The notes under the pieces were generated by a model, which saw nothing but the letters and a program-made list of their open reading frames with translations, was not told the origin of the DNA and searched no databases. A DNA stretch of 64,000 nucleotides from Deltaproteobacteria bacterium UBA4427 (GTDB lineage: Bacteria; Myxococcota_A; UBA9160; UBA4427), in contig DGPZ01000003.1 of the NCBI GenBank assembly GCA_002390675.1, positions 3,165 through 67,164 on the forward strand, read 5' to 3'. Numbering within the stretch: the first letter of the stretch is position 1; each line of letters begins with the position of its first letter. Positions 18,347-28,397 of this stretch are shown piece after piece. The translations under genes were made by a program, and so were the position numbers.

Positions 18347-19596
18347 GCCTTAGTTCCCTTTCGCCCTGCTGGGCGGGATATCTTACGTCGGCCGGAGCCT
18401 TCGGTCTTCGCATTTCGCCTAATAAGGCCATGTACATGAATATCCGGCCCAGCCTGGGTAAATCCATTTTTCCCTATTCCAGGGACAGCGAACTCAAGCG
18501 GCTCGATCACAACCGCTTCGCCGAGCGCATCTACAGCCAAGGGCCCGAGCCCCGAAAACCCCTCCGAACCAATCAGCTTCGGCGCGAGCATCCAGTGTAC
18601 CTCGTCCACGAGGTCCGCCCGAAGAAGGGCCGCAGCGAGTCCACCGCCGCCTTCAACTAAAAGCGTCGTCAACCCAGAGTCCGCCAATGCCGCCGCCATC
18701 TCAGGCAGGTCGAGCTTGCGATCTCGGCCCTTCCCGATCTCGATCACTGAGCCGGCGGTCTCTCGCATCTTCGCGATTCCCCGAGCCCCTGTGCCGCAGA
18801 CGACCCAGGTCTTGGCCGAGGCGGGATCAGAAAAGAGCTGATGCGTTGCGGGCACCCTAAGGCGACTATCCACCAGAATGCGGATCGGAGTTCGTAGGAC
18901 CTTATCTCCCCTCCGAACAGTAAGGGAAGGATCGTCTGCCAGCGCCGTCCCAGAACCCACCATCACGGCGTCATAGGCATTTCGGAGGCGGTGCACTTTG
19001 GCGCGGGATTCGGAGCCAGTGATCCAGCGTGATTCGCCGGCGGCGGTGGCGATTCGGCCGTCGAGGGTAGTCGCGAGCTTGAGCGTGATCCAAGGGCGAC
19101 CGCGCTCGATCACGGAGAGAAAGCCTCTATGGGTGTAGCGACATTCCTCTTCTAGGACGCCGGTCTCGACTTGGATGCCGGCAGCGCGTAGCCGCTTGAT
19201 GCCGCGGCCAGCGACCCGGGGATGTGGGTCGAGACAACCTACTGCAACGCTCGTGATTCCCGCTTCGACCAAAGCGTCGGCGCAGGGCCCAGTTCGACCG
19301 CTAAAACTACAAGGCTCGAGAGTCGTCGCGATCGATGCGCCGCGGAGTGATCGGTCTCCGTGTCGCTTGCGTGAATTTTCCATCGCGACGATTTCGGCGT
19401 GCGGCCCGCCCGGCGGCTTAGTAGTTCCTCGGCCGAGGATCTCATCGCCGCGAAAGACGACCGCACCGACACTCGGATTCGGGTACGTTCGTCCATCTCC
19501 CTTGCGTGCGGCAGACAGCGCGGTCTTCATCATCTTTTCGTCCCGGGCGCGTTCCGCAGCACCACGGCGAGAGCGCCCGGCGCTTGCGGGACTCAT
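18343..19596 (-). CDS. ribD: Bifunctional riboflavin biosynthesis protein RibD (deaminase/reductase)
   Basis: The CMP/dCMP deaminase zinc motifs are HAEIVAM and TLEPCSFSGRTGPC. The C-terminal reductase domain includes GRPWITLKLATTLDGRIA. There are ATGA overlaps with nrdR upstream and ribH downstream. The last ~25 aa form a basic tail. Confidence 0.9.
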   Translation of the reverse strand: MSPASAGRSRRGAAERARDEKMMKTALSAARKGDGRTYPNPSVGAVVFRGDEILGRGTTKPPGGPHAEIVAMENSRKRHGDRSLRGASIATTLEPCSFSGRTGPCADALVEAGITSVAVGCLDPHPRVAGRGIKRLRAAGIQVETGVLEEECRYTHRGFLSVIERGRPWITLKLATTLDGRIATAAGESRWITGSESRAKVHRLRNAYDAVMVGSGTALADDPSLTVRRGDKVLRTPIRILVDSRLRVPATHQLFSDPASAKTWVVCGTGARGIAKMRETAGSVIEIGKGRDRKLDLPEMAAALADSGLTTLLVEGGGGLAAALLRADLVDEVHWMLAPKLIGSEGFSGLGPLAVDALGEAVVIEPLEFAVPGIGKNGFTQAGPDIHVHGLIRRNAKTEGSGRRKISRPAGRKGTKA

Positions 19597-20135
19597 CCTC
19601 GTGCCCGCAACGGTCGGACCTTGTCGTTCGGATCGTCCTGCCCCGATTCGTCACGCGAGGCATCTGCAGCATTTACGGCATCGGCGTGTGACTCGATCTC
19701 CGCGAAGAAGGCCTCGTAGTCACTCGGACTACTGAAATTCCGAAAGACCGAAGCAAACCTAACAGCAGCGAGTGCATCGATCTCGGATAGATCGTCCAGC
19801 ACTCGGCGACCGATTAGTTCACTCGTGACCTCTCTATGCCCGGACTCTTGGAGTCCTCGCTCAACGCGGTCCACCAATCGCTCGACGGCCTCGGTCGACA
19901 CCGGCCGCTTCACGCAAGCATGTTCTACACCGCGAAGAAGCTTCTTGCGATCGTATTCCTCTCGACGCTCATCATGTTTGATGATGCGCGGCAGTGTTTC
20001 TTCGATCCGCTCACGGGTCGTAAAGCGGCGACCACATTCGTCGCACTCCCGCCGTCGCCGGATCTCGGATCCGTCGCGAGCCAGGCGCGAGTCTATGACG
20101 CGATTGCCGTCATCCGCGCAGAAGGGGCACTGCAC
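19593..20135 (-). CDS. nrdR: Transcriptional repressor NrdR
   Basis: The N-terminal zinc ribbon is MQCPFCADDGNRVIDSRLARDGSEIRRRRECDECGRRFTTRERIE, followed by an ATP-cone domain. Confidence 0.93.
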   Translation of the reverse strand: MQCPFCADDGNRVIDSRLARDGSEIRRRRECDECGRRFTTRERIEETLPRIIKHDERREEYDRKKLLRGVEHACVKRPVSTEAVERLVDRVERGLQESGHREVTSELIGRRVLDDLSEIDALAAVRFASVFRNFSSPSDYEAFFAEIESHADAVNAADASRDESGQDDPNDKVRPLRARG

Positions 20136-20138
20136 GAC

Positions 20139-21410
20139 TCAGTCCGTCTCGTTCCAGCGCTCGGTATAGAGCGGGAATTGGCGGCATAGATCGGCCACTT
20201 CCCCGCGCACGCGAGCGAGGTTGTCGGCGTTCTCATGGTCTTCGAGCACACGACCGAGCAGGTCACCAATCTGCACCATTTCAGCTTCACGCATCCCACG
20301 CGTGGTGACCGCGGGCGTTCCGATTCGGACCCCAGACGTCACCATCGGCTTGCGCGGATCGTAGGGAATCATGTTCTTGTTGGCCGTTATGCCGGCTGCA
20401 TCGAGCGAGATCTGGGCAGCCTTGCCCGTCACTTCACGCCCGACTAACGAAAGCAGAAAAAGATGGTTGTCTGTACCGCCGGAAACAACCTTAAATGCCT
20501 TGCTCTGTACCGTATCCGAAAGCGCCTTAGAGTTCGCAACGATCTGCTCACAGTAGGCTCGGAAGTCGGGAGAGGCCGCTTCTTTGAACGCAACAGCCTT
20601 GGCGGCAATCACGTGCATCAGAGGACCGCCCTGAAGACCGGGAAAGATCGCGCTGTTAAGCTTCTTCTTCCACGGTTCATCGCACAGAATCAAACCACCA
20701 CGCGGGCCGCGCAGCGTTTTATGCGTCGTGGTCGCAACGATGTGCGCCTTGCCTACGGGACTGGGATGGACACCAGAGGCAACTAGGCCTGCGATGTGAG
20801 CGATATCCGCAAATAGAACAGCGCCGACTTCATCCGCGATCGAACGGAACGCCTCAAAGTCGATCGTGCGCGAGTAGGCGGTCGCGCCGCACTGGATCAT
20901 CTTTGGCGAATGCTGCTTCGCCAGGTCACGCACCTGGTCGTAGTTAATTCGCTCATCGTCCTCGGACACGCCATACGGGACGATCGTGAAGTGCTTGCCT
21001 GAAAAGTTGACCGGGCTGCCATGTGTTAGATGGCCCCCATGATCGAGGTTCATGGCGAGAACCGTGTCGCCGCGCTTCAAGACCGCTTCGTAGACCGCTG
21101 CATTCGCTTGGCTCCCGGAATGGGGCTGAACGTTTGCGTGCTCAGATCCAAAAAGCGCCTTAGCCCGTTCGATTGCGAGGGTCTCGATTTCGTCGACCTC
21201 CTCGCAGCCACCGTAGTACCGCCGACCGGGATATCCCTCGGCGTACTTGTTCGTGAGCACGGAGCCCACGGCCTCAAGGACGGCTTCGGAAACAAAATTC
21301 TCCGAGGCGATTAATTCGATCGATAGGCCCTGTCGTCGGCCTTCACGGCGAACGAATCGGGCAACGTCGGGGTCGGTCTGGTCGAGATGAGGGGTCACAC
21401 TGTTCGGCAT
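20139..21410 (-). CDS. glyA: Serine hydroxymethyltransferase
   Basis: It carries the PLP-lysine motif [15 protein letters not shown]. The full-length 423-aa protein has SHMT-like sequence throughout. Confidence 0.95.
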   Translation of the reverse strand: MPNSVTPHLDQTDPDVARFVRREGRRQGLSIELIASENFVSEAVLEAVGSVLTNKYAEGYPGRRYYGGCEEVDEIETLAIERAKALFGSEHANVQPHSGSQANAAVYEAVLKRGDTVLAMNLDHGGHLTHGSPVNFSGKHFTIVPYGVSEDDERINYDQVRDLAKQHSPKMIQCGATAYSRTIDFEAFRSIADEVGAVLFADIAHIAGLVASGVHPSPVGKAHIVATTTHKTLRGPRGGLILCDEPWKKKLNSAIFPGLQGGPLMHVIAAKAVAFKEAASPDFRAYCEQIVANSKALSDTVQSKAFKVVSGGTDNHLFLLSLVGREVTGKAAQISLDAAGITANKNMIPYDPRKPMVTSGVRIGTPAVTTRGMREAEMVQIGDLLGRVLEDHENADNLARVRGEVADLCRQFPLYTERWNETD

Positions 21411-21706
21411 ATCGAAACCATGCTCCTCGCACGAGCCGCGCTGGGCGACTCGATTGGCATCCGGAGGTCTGGGGGGGGCGGGATTGGCTTTGAGGATAGC
21501 CCCGCTACGGCGCCGGGTCAGGCGTTCGAACGACGAAGATCACAACTACCTGATCGCTACGCTCAAAATCGGAAATCCAGTCAAAAGGCTTTAGGAATCG
21601 CACCGGCAAGCTTTCTTGACCATCAGGTTCCCAATCGAAGAGGAACCGGGGCTCTTCCCGACTGCGCCTCAGCTACCTACGCCTCAGCAAAAGCGGAACG
21701 AGCCTA

Positions 21707-21946
21707 CTACGCGTCTTCGACGCGCTCTTTCAGGTAACTGATGGCATCGTTGATCGTCTGCATCTTTTCAGCGTCGTCATCGGGAATCTCGATGTCGAAG
21801 GTCTCTTCTAGCGTCATCACGAGTTCGACGATATCGAGCGAATCGGCACCGAGATCATCGACAAACGAGGCGTTCACAACTGCTTCTTCTTTGGACACAC
21901 CGAGCTGTTCAACGATCAGATCTGTGACACGTGCTTCCAGGGACAT
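21707..21946 (-). CDS. acpP: Acyl carrier protein
   Basis: The phosphopantetheine attachment site is [12 protein letters not shown] place the start at ATG 21946 (MSLEARV...), with GGAGGA 7 nt upstream. The track start at TTG 21964 is rejected. Confidence 0.92.
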   Translation of the reverse strand: MSLEARVTDLIVEQLGVSKEEAVVNASFVDDLGADSLDIVELVMTLEETFDIEIPDDDAEKMQTINDAISYLKERVEDA

Positions 21947-22072
21947 GGAATGGGTCCTCCACAACTTCGTCCTGAATGATTAAAAGGCTAGCGCCAACCC
22001 CCCCGGCCGACGATGCCTATGGACCTCAGGTAGGGTCCGATTCGGATCACATTTGCCCTCACAAAGAGGCTT

Positions 22073-23053
22073 TCAGCTGGCGGATCCATTGAGCAACTCA
22101 CGAACGTCATCGAGGTCCGCGAGAGAAGAGAAATTGGCACGTCGAACGCGCCGTTCGATCCGGGCGATCAGCCCGGACAATACACGGCCCGGTCCGACTT
22201 CAAGGAAGCCGTCCACGCCGAGAGATTTCATTTCTGTCACCATGTCATTAAATCGAACCGGTGCGGTCACTTGCTCCACTAGGAGTGACTGAATTCGAGC
22301 AGCATCCTGATTTGGCTTCGCCTCGACATTGGTAATCACCGGAGGTTTCGCATTAGAGAACCTAAGCTTCGCCAGTTCGGGAGCCAGTTGCTTCGCTGCG
22401 GGTTCCATCAGTGCGCAGTGGAACGGAGCAGAAACCGGCAACGCCACGGTCTTCTTTGCTCCCAGCTCTTTCGCCTGCTCACATGCGGCTTCGACACCGG
22501 ACTTTTCACCAGCAATCACGGTCTGCTGTGGTGAATTGTAATTTGCCGGCGTGACTACTTGGCCAGTTGCTTCTGCGGCCTTCAGACAAGCTTCGGCCAC
22601 GACCTCGGGCGCCGAGCCGATAATCGCGGCCATCGCGCCCTGCCCTTCAGCTACCGCTTCCTGCATCAGCCGACCGCGCAGATTGACCGTGCGGACTGCA
22701 TCTTCGAAGTCGAGCGCACCGGATGCAACCAAGGCCGAATACTCACCGAGGCTATGCCCGCCCACATAGGCGGGAGCGAGCACATCCGCTCCAACCGCTT
22801 CCTCTAGAGCTCGCAGCAGCGCAATGCTCGTCGTCAGAATGGCGGGCTGCTGGATCTCCGTCCTGCGCAGCTCATCCTCGGGCCCTTCGAAGCAAAGCGT
22901 CGAAAGCTTGGTCCCAAGCACGTCTAATAGCGACGCGTCCGCAGCGTCAAAGACGGCGCGTGCAGCCGAGGAAGACGCGTAGACGTCCTTCCCCATACCG
23001 ACCTCTTGAGAGGCCTGTCCTGGAAAGAGGATTGCGAGAGTCATCGCGGTCAT
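22073..23053 (-). CDS. fabD: Malonyl CoA-acyl carrier protein transacylase
   Basis: The motifs are FPGQASQEVGMG and the active-site GHSLGEYSAL. I place the start at ATG 23053 (MTAMTLAILFPGQ). The longer track ORF would overlap rpmF. Confidence 0.9.
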   Translation of the reverse strand: MTAMTLAILFPGQASQEVGMGKDVYASSSAARAVFDAADASLLDVLGTKLSTLCFEGPEDELRRTEIQQPAILTTSIALLRALEEAVGADVLAPAYVGGHSLGEYSALVASGALDFEDAVRTVNLRGRLMQEAVAEGQGAMAAIIGSAPEVVAEACLKAAEATGQVVTPANYNSPQQTVIAGEKSGVEAACEQAKELGAKKTVALPVSAPFHCALMEPAAKQLAPELAKLRFSNAKPPVITNVEAKPNQDAARIQSLLVEQVTAPVRFNDMVTEMKSLGVDGFLEVGPGRVLSGLIARIERRVRRANFSSLADLDDVRELLNGSAS

Positions 23054-23073
23054 CGAATAGTTCTGAACCTGCT

Positions 23074-23256
23074 CTATTCGCTGTCGACTTCGATGATCGT
23101 TCGCCCCTTGTAGGTGCCGCAGCTCCCACAAACGCGGTGCGGCACCTTAGGCGCGTCACACTGCGGGCAGGTGCTCGAAGGCGGTGTGGCTAGGTGATCG
23201 TGTGCACGCCGCTTGTCGCGTCGCGCCTTGGATGTCTTTTGCTTAGGTACGGCCAT
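23074..23256 (-). CDS. rpmF: 50S ribosomal protein L32
   Basis: [19 protein letters not shown] from ATG 23256 is the canonical L32 N-terminus. A CxxC...CxxC zinc-ribbon type motif is present. Confidence 0.93.
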   Translation of the reverse strand: MAVPKQKTSKARRDKRRAHDHLATPPSSTCPQCDAPKVPHRVCGSCGTYKGRTIIEVDSE

Positions 23257-23383
23257 CGGATCGGGTTCCTGTCTCACCGGTCGAGCCGGTGTTTCCGTTC
23301 TGGGTTCGTTTGATTCACAAGAGACGGCTCATCGACCGCCTACATTGATATTAGTTTTAGATTTAGGCTTTCACGAAGCCGTC

Positions 23384-24010
23384 TCAATCTTCCATTCGCT
23401 GCTTGAGTTGAGCTAGCACCGCGAACGGCGATTCAATTTTTTCGTCTTGGCAGTCACACCCTGCTTTGGAATCATTTGCGCGTGGCTGCCCGCAATGCGA
23501 GCACACCCCGAGACATTCCTCATCGCAAAGCGGTTGGATCGGCATCGCCAAAGCAATGACTTCTCCGAAGAAATCGTCAAGTCCGACGACAGCCCCACGG
23601 TAGAGCCCCGCTTCGAGGTCCTCTCCCAAGCTGACGCCGTTCTCCGCTAGGCCCCTTTCCCCCTCAGGATCCAAACCGCCTGCCCCGTCAAAAGTGCTGC
23701 GATTCCCCTGCTGATCGTCTCCAAGTCGATGAGGTTCGAGCACCAGCCGGTAGGGCTCACGAAGCCTATGAGGATAGCGCTTGCCGCAGCGGCCGCACTC
23801 CAGCAGGACCCTTCCTTCTAAATCACCTTCAATCAGGACGTCCTCGCCGGTGCGAGACGCCTTGAGGTCAAATCGGAACGGAAGCTCAGCAGAGACCCGT
23901 ATTTCCTCCGATTCCGGCTCGCGAGCAGACCACCATTCGGGACTCGCTTCGAATTCGAAACGCTCCTGCTCATCGGTTAGCCGCTCGATCTGGATTCGGA
24001 ACTCGGGCAT
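23384..24010 (-). CDS. yceD: YceD/DUF177 family protein
   Basis: It sits directly upstream of rpmF, as in E. coli. The C-terminal Cys cluster is CDEECLGVCSHCGQPRANDSKAGCDC. Confidence 0.8.
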   Translation of the reverse strand: MPEFRIQIERLTDEQERFEFEASPEWWSAREPESEEIRVSAELPFRFDLKASRTGEDVLIEGDLEGRVLLECGRCGKRYPHRLREPYRLVLEPHRLGDDQQGNRSTFDGAGGLDPEGERGLAENGVSLGEDLEAGLYRGAVVGLDDFFGEVIALAMPIQPLCDEECLGVCSHCGQPRANDSKAGCDCQDEKIESPFAVLAQLKQRMED

Positions 24011-24255
24011 CGGTGTAAATGATATCCATCCGAATGACTCTGCCCCGCGATTTGACCGCTTTTGGGTACGGATCCGTCCTGGATCCGTATAAACGGCGCT
24101 GCGGGCTGGCTAAATTCGGATTCTCGTTGAAAAACCGGTCCCTTGGGTGGGTCACCGGCGTGGCCGGGGGAATAGCGCAGCCGCCGGGGATGGGGCAAGA
24201 AGCTGCACTAAATCACGCGAAGGATGCGTGGCAACTGCGATATGCTCGGCCCTCC

Positions 24256-25677
24256 ATGACCAACATTCGCACTCGATTCGCTCCCAGCCCCACGGGGTTT
24301 CTTCATATCGGCGGTGCCCGCACCGCTCTTTTTAACTGGGCCCTCACTCGCCGCCTCGGCGGCGAATTCGTGCTCCGAATCGAGGACACCGACCTCGAGC
24401 GGTCCACCCGCGAGTCGGAACAGGCCGTCCTCGACGGGATGCGCTGGCTCGGAATCGATTGGGACGAGGGACCGCTGCGCCAAACCGACAACGCCGAGCG
24501 GCATGCGGCAGTCGTAGAGGACCTGCTCTCGAAGGGGCGCGCCTATCGCTGCGTCTGCACCCGCGAAGAACTCGAATCCCGGCGGGAAGCGGATATCGCG
24601 GCCAACGGAAAGGGGATTTACGACGGCACCTGCCGTGAAAAGAACTACGGCGACGATTGTGGAACGCATACGGTGCGGCTGCGAATCGATCGCGACAGTT
24701 CACTTCGCTGGGACGACCTGGTGTTTGGCCCGAGTGGCCAGGACGCAAGCGAAATAGGCGATGGCATCATCCGTCGCAGCGATGGTACCCCCCTCTATCA
24801 CCTCGCCGTCGTAGTCGATGACCTAGATATGGGCATCACTCACGTCGTTCGCGGCGCCGATCATCACAGCAACACGCCCTTTCAACTCGCGATCTATCGT
24901 GCCCTCGACGCGGATATTCCGATCTTCGCGCACGTGCCTTTGATCGTTGCCGAGAGCGGACGCAAGCTATCGAAACGAAAAGATCCCGTCTCGATTCAGC
25001 AATTCGAGGCTGACGGCTATCTCCCGGAAGCCATGATCAACTGGCTCGCAAGGCTCGGCTGGTCGCATGGGGACCAGGAAGTTTTCTCCCGCGACGAGAT
25101 CGTCGAGTTATTTGACCTCACGCACGTCGGCCGATCCGGCGCGCAGGCGGATCCAGCCAAGCTCGAATGGCTCAGCCAGCATTACATCAAAGAACGGTCC
25201 AGCAAAGCTCTCTTTGAGGCGGTGAAGCCCTTCCTCGAAAACGTGACTGGCGGCCCCGTAGAGCGAGACGATCGCCTCGACCGGACCCTCGACCTCCTTC
25301 GCGAGCGCAGTAACCATCTCGTCGAAATGGCCGAGAAGGCTCGCTTCGTGTTATGCGACGAGATCGAAATCGAAGCAGGCGCAGCCAAAAAGCATCTGCG
25401 GCCCGTCGCTTTAGAGCCACTGGAAGCATTGATCCCCGTACTCAAGGGGCTCGATGCCTGGACGTTAGAATCTCTTGAGGCTGCGTTCGAAGCGACCTGC
25501 AAATCCCTTGGCGATCTCAAGCTCGGCAAGCTCGCCCAACCCGTCCGTGTCGCGGTGACCGGAACCAGCGCCTCCCCGGGAATCTTTGAGACCGTCGAAG
25601 TCGTAGGACAAGAACTCGCCGTCGCGCGAATCCGCAAAGCCGTAGAGCTGATCAAAGCGCGGATAGCTGAAGGCTGA
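24256..25677 (+). CDS. gltX: Glutamate--tRNA ligase
   Basis: The start is ATG 24256 (MTNIRTRFAPSPTGFLHIGGARTALFNW, the HIGH motif). The KMSKS-type motif is RKLSKRK. The first 79 residues of the track ORF (24019..) are not GltX-like and lie in the divergent promoter region. Confidence 0.92.
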   Translation: MTNIRTRFAPSPTGFLHIGGARTALFNWALTRRLGGEFVLRIEDTDLERSTRESEQAVLDGMRWLGIDWDEGPLRQTDNAERHAAVVEDLLSKGRAYRCVCTREELESRREADIAANGKGIYDGTCREKNYGDDCGTHTVRLRIDRDSSLRWDDLVFGPSGQDASEIGDGIIRRSDGTPLYHLAVVVDDLDMGITHVVRGADHHSNTPFQLAIYRALDADIPIFAHVPLIVAESGRKLSKRKDPVSIQQFEADGYLPEAMINWLARLGWSHGDQEVFSRDEIVELFDLTHVGRSGAQADPAKLEWLSQHYIKERSSKALFEAVKPFLENVTGGPVERDDRLDRTLDLLRERSNHLVEMAEKARFVLCDEIEIEAGAAKKHLRPVALEPLEALIPVLKGLDAWTLESLEAAFEATCKSLGDLKLGKLAQPVRVAVTGTSASPGIFETVEVVGQELAVARIRKAVELIKARIAEG

Positions 25678-25704
25678 GTTCCGTAGCGAGCCGTTACGGT
25701 CGGC

Positions 25705-26577
25705 CTAGATCAGCTGAAACAGCCACATCGGCGGCAGAAAAAGTACCGCGACAGTACCCATCGCGATCGCGGGAGCGAATCCAAAAGGACGCCCTAGCGC
25801 GCCGCGTGCAAGCGCCTGAGCTCCGCCTAACACGAGCCCGACCAAAGACGAAGCCAGGATCGTATCCAACACGCCGAAGGGCCCAACGACAGCCCCGATC
25901 ATTCCAAGCAGCTTCACATCCCCAAGGCCGAGCCCTGGAAACCAAAGCCAATAGTCTGCTTCGCCAGGCGTCGGAAACGATTCGCCTTCGCCGGGCCAAT
26001 GCTCGAATGTTCGCCCCATCGCCACAGAGACTCGGGCATGAAGAAATGCAACGAGCCAAAGTACTCCTCCGCCCACAATCGCCCCCGTCAGAGACTGGCG
26101 AAAAGCCCCGCCCAGCGATTGACCGTAGTAGGCAGCCGTCAGAGGAACGACGATCAGGGCTACAACCAACCCGCCGAGCGAAATCGAGTCGGGAATAATT
26201 TGATGATCGTAGTCAATCAGTGCGGCAGCGATCAGCCCGGCCACAAAAACGCAATAGAGCGCCGTCCACCACGTCGGGCCAAAGCGCCAGGCGACCGCGC
26301 TAAAGAGCAGCCCGGTCAGAAGCTCAACGGCGGGGTATCGAAGCGAAATAGAAAGCTCGCATTGCCGGCAGCGCCCTCGAAGCCAGAGATACGAAAGCAC
26401 AGGGACATTGTCCCAAGGCTTGATCGCAGTCTCGCAGCTCGGACAGTGCGAGGGCGGAAAGACCACACTCAGCTCAAGCGGCACTCGATGGATCACGACA
26501 TTCAAAAACGAGCCAACGAGTACTCCGAGGGTCAATGCGATCGGCAGTAGCGCCCCCGGCGCGATTTCGATCGTCAT
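25705..26577 (-). CDS. pilD: Prepilin peptidase / N-methyltransferase (A24 family)
   Basis: CPSCETAIKPWDNVPVLSYLWLRGRCRQCELSISLRYPAVELLTG is the PilD N-terminal Cys motif. It is followed by a polytopic A24 core containing the GLGDVKLLG aspartyl-protease motif. Confidence 0.9.
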   Translation of the reverse strand: MTIEIAPGALLPIALTLGVLVGSFLNVVIHRVPLELSVVFPPSHCPSCETAIKPWDNVPVLSYLWLRGRCRQCELSISLRYPAVELLTGLLFSAVAWRFGPTWWTALYCVFVAGLIAAALIDYDHQIIPDSISLGGLVVALIVVPLTAAYYGQSLGGAFRQSLTGAIVGGGVLWLVAFLHARVSVAMGRTFEHWPGEGESFPTPGEADYWLWFPGLGLGDVKLLGMIGAVVGPFGVLDTILASSLVGLVLGGAQALARGALGRPFGFAPAIAMGTVAVLFLPPMWLFQLI

Positions 26578-26673
26578 GTTCCCCCCGTCCCCAATGATTC
26601 GACCCTCTCGTACGTTACGTCACTAAGCGAAGGCGTACTCACGAATTCCCGGAACCGCACCCCCACGCTTCTT

Positions 26674-27450
26674 CTACTTGAAGTCGCGTCGGCTGAAAAT
26701 CATGGCCCCAAGAATCAAAGTGCAGACCGTGTATCCCACCGCATATACGAATGCGAGACCGATTTCACCCGAATCAATAGGGAGGCCGTGGACCGCCTCA
26801 AGAGTCTTATTGAACACTTCGAAGTCCGGCATCAGCAAGAAGACAAAATTGGCCATCGTCGTGACGGTCCCGACCTCCGACTGTTGCCCAAGTGCATGAA
26901 GATCGCGAGAGAGGTGCCCGATCATCCAGAGTCCGACCGAGAAGAGCGCTGCCAGCATCGGCGTGGTGAATGATGAGAAGAAAGTGGCGATCGCAACGAC
27001 CACCATCAACTCGAGTCCGATCAATACAATCGCTACTAAGTGATCCAAACCAAGCGGCGCGCCGGCAAGCAGCGACACAATTGCGAAGGCGCCGGCCATA
27101 AGGGCGAGAAGAAGCCAAACGGTGAACGTGAGGCCAGCCCATTTCCCTACCAAAAACTCGTTCCGGGAGACTGGCTTCGAGAGGATCGTAAAAATGGTGC
27201 GGCGATCGACTTCGTTGTGGATCAATCCTATGCCGACGAAGATGGCGATCCCCACGCTGAAGAATCGAATCGCAGCAAGCCCCATGTCCTGCAGGATCTC
27301 GTGAACTTCGACATAAGAAAGCGTCGCGAGGACGACCCCCGAAGAGATCATCACGACGCTGAACCCGAGAAGCATATAAAGAAGCTTATTCCGAATGGCT
27401 TCGCGGAAGGTGTTATTCGCAAGCGCGTAGATTCGGCTCAGCGAGTTCAT
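26674..27450 (-). CDS. pilI: ABC-2 type transporter permease (PilI in M. xanthus nomenclature, assigned by synteny)
   Basis: It is a 258-aa six-TM ABC-2-like permease. There is an ATGA overlap with the upstream ATPase gene. It lies between pilH-like and pilD, as in the M. xanthus pil cluster. Confidence 0.7.
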   Translation of the reverse strand: MNSLSRIYALANNTFREAIRNKLLYMLLGFSVVMISSGVVLATLSYVEVHEILQDMGLAAIRFFSVGIAIFVGIGLIHNEVDRRTIFTILSKPVSRNEFLVGKWAGLTFTVWLLLALMAGAFAIVSLLAGAPLGLDHLVAIVLIGLELMVVVAIATFFSSFTTPMLAALFSVGLWMIGHLSRDLHALGQQSEVGTVTTMANFVFLLMPDFEVFNKTLEAVHGLPIDSGEIGLAFVYAVGYTVCTLILGAMIFSRRDFK

Positions 27451-28397
27451 TCCGGTGCCCCCCCTGCTCGAACAGCATCAAGAAACACATCTTCTAGGGA
27501 ATTTCGCTGCGGCGTAACGGACACAACTTCCGCCCCCGCAGATATTGCCGAATCAAGCACTTGATGCACATCCTTCTCGGCCACTTGAAGCTCGACCCGA
27601 TCGCCAAGCCCCCGCATCTTGAGATCGAAGCGTTCTCCTAGACTATCTGCGGTTTCCGGCGGCAAGCCGCCTAGCACGACGTCGGTCTTCCGACCGGCCT
27701 CCGGCAGAAAATCTTCAATTCGGCCCTGATGCCTAATCTGTCCCTTAACGATGATCGCCACCCGGTCGCAGATCATTTCGACGTCGGGCAAAATATGAGT
27801 GTTCATGAAGACGGTCTTCCCATCTGCCCGAAGCGACAGGATGAGATCTCGAATCTCTTTGCGGCCCAAGGGGTCGAGACCACTCATGGGCTCGTCTAAA
27901 AACACGACCTTTGGGTCATGAATAAGCGCTTGAGCGATTCCGACGCGCTGAAGCATTCCCTTGGAGAAGGTTTTCAACCGGGCATCCATAGCGTGTCCGA
28001 GGTTCACCGTTCCAAGCAGTTGATCTACCCGTCGCGCGCGCTCCGACGCAGGCACACCCGAGAGGCGCGCGTAGAAATCAAGGATCTCCCGCGCTGTTAG
28101 GAAAGGATAGAAATAGGGATTCTCAGGCAGAAATCCGACCTGATGCCGAAACTCAGACTCAGCCACATCGCAGCCGAGAATCGAAGCCGATCCCTCAGTT
28201 GCGCGAATCAGTCCCATCAAAACTTTTAGCGTCGTCGTTTTCCCCGCACCGTTAGGCCCAACAAATCCGAAGATCTCGTTCTCATGAACATCAAAGGTCA
28301 CGCCGTGCAAGATGCGTTTTCGCCTTAAGCCAAAGCCCGGGCGAAAATCTTTAACGACGTCGCAGACCCGAACGATCGTTTCTCGCTCATCCGTCAC
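27447..28397 (-). CDS. pilH: ABC transporter ATP-binding protein (PilH in M. xanthus nomenclature, assigned by synteny)
   Basis: It has Walker A GPNGAGKTT, the signature motif FSKGMLQRVGIAQAL and Walker B VVFLDEP. I place the start at GTG 28397, 9 nt after AGGAGG. ATG 28406 abuts the Shine-Dalgarno sequence with zero spacing but cannot be excluded. Confidence 0.85.
   Translation of the reverse strand: MTDERETIVRVCDVVKDFRPGFGLRRKRILHGVTFDVHENEIFGFVGPNGAGKTTTLKVLMGLIRATEGSASILGCDVAESEFRHQVGFLPENPYFYPFLTAREILDFYARLSGVPASERARRVDQLLGTVNLGHAMDARLKTFSKGMLQRVGIAQALIHDPKVVFLDEPMSGLDPLGRKEIRDLILSLRADGKTVFMNTHILPDVEMICDRVAIIVKGQIRHQGRIEDFLPEAGRKTDVVLGGLPPETADSLGERFDLKMRGLGDRVELQVAEKDVHQVLDSAISAGAEVVSVTPQRNSLEDVFLDAVRAGGAPE

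Noticed and set aside
21411-21706. A ZTP/THF-type riboswitch, looked for in the 296-nt glyA leader.
   Set aside because: The sense strand has no GGGTCGTGACTGGCG or CCGCCTGGGC-type cores. It contains only generic hairpins, such as GGTTCC-N10-GGAACC, which are more likely the acpP terminator.
24019-24255. A 79-codon N-terminal extension of the gltX ORF in the track.
   Set aside because: GltX homology starts exactly at MTNIRTRFAPSPTG (ATG 24256). The extension lies in the divergent promoter region and has no GltX-like sequence.
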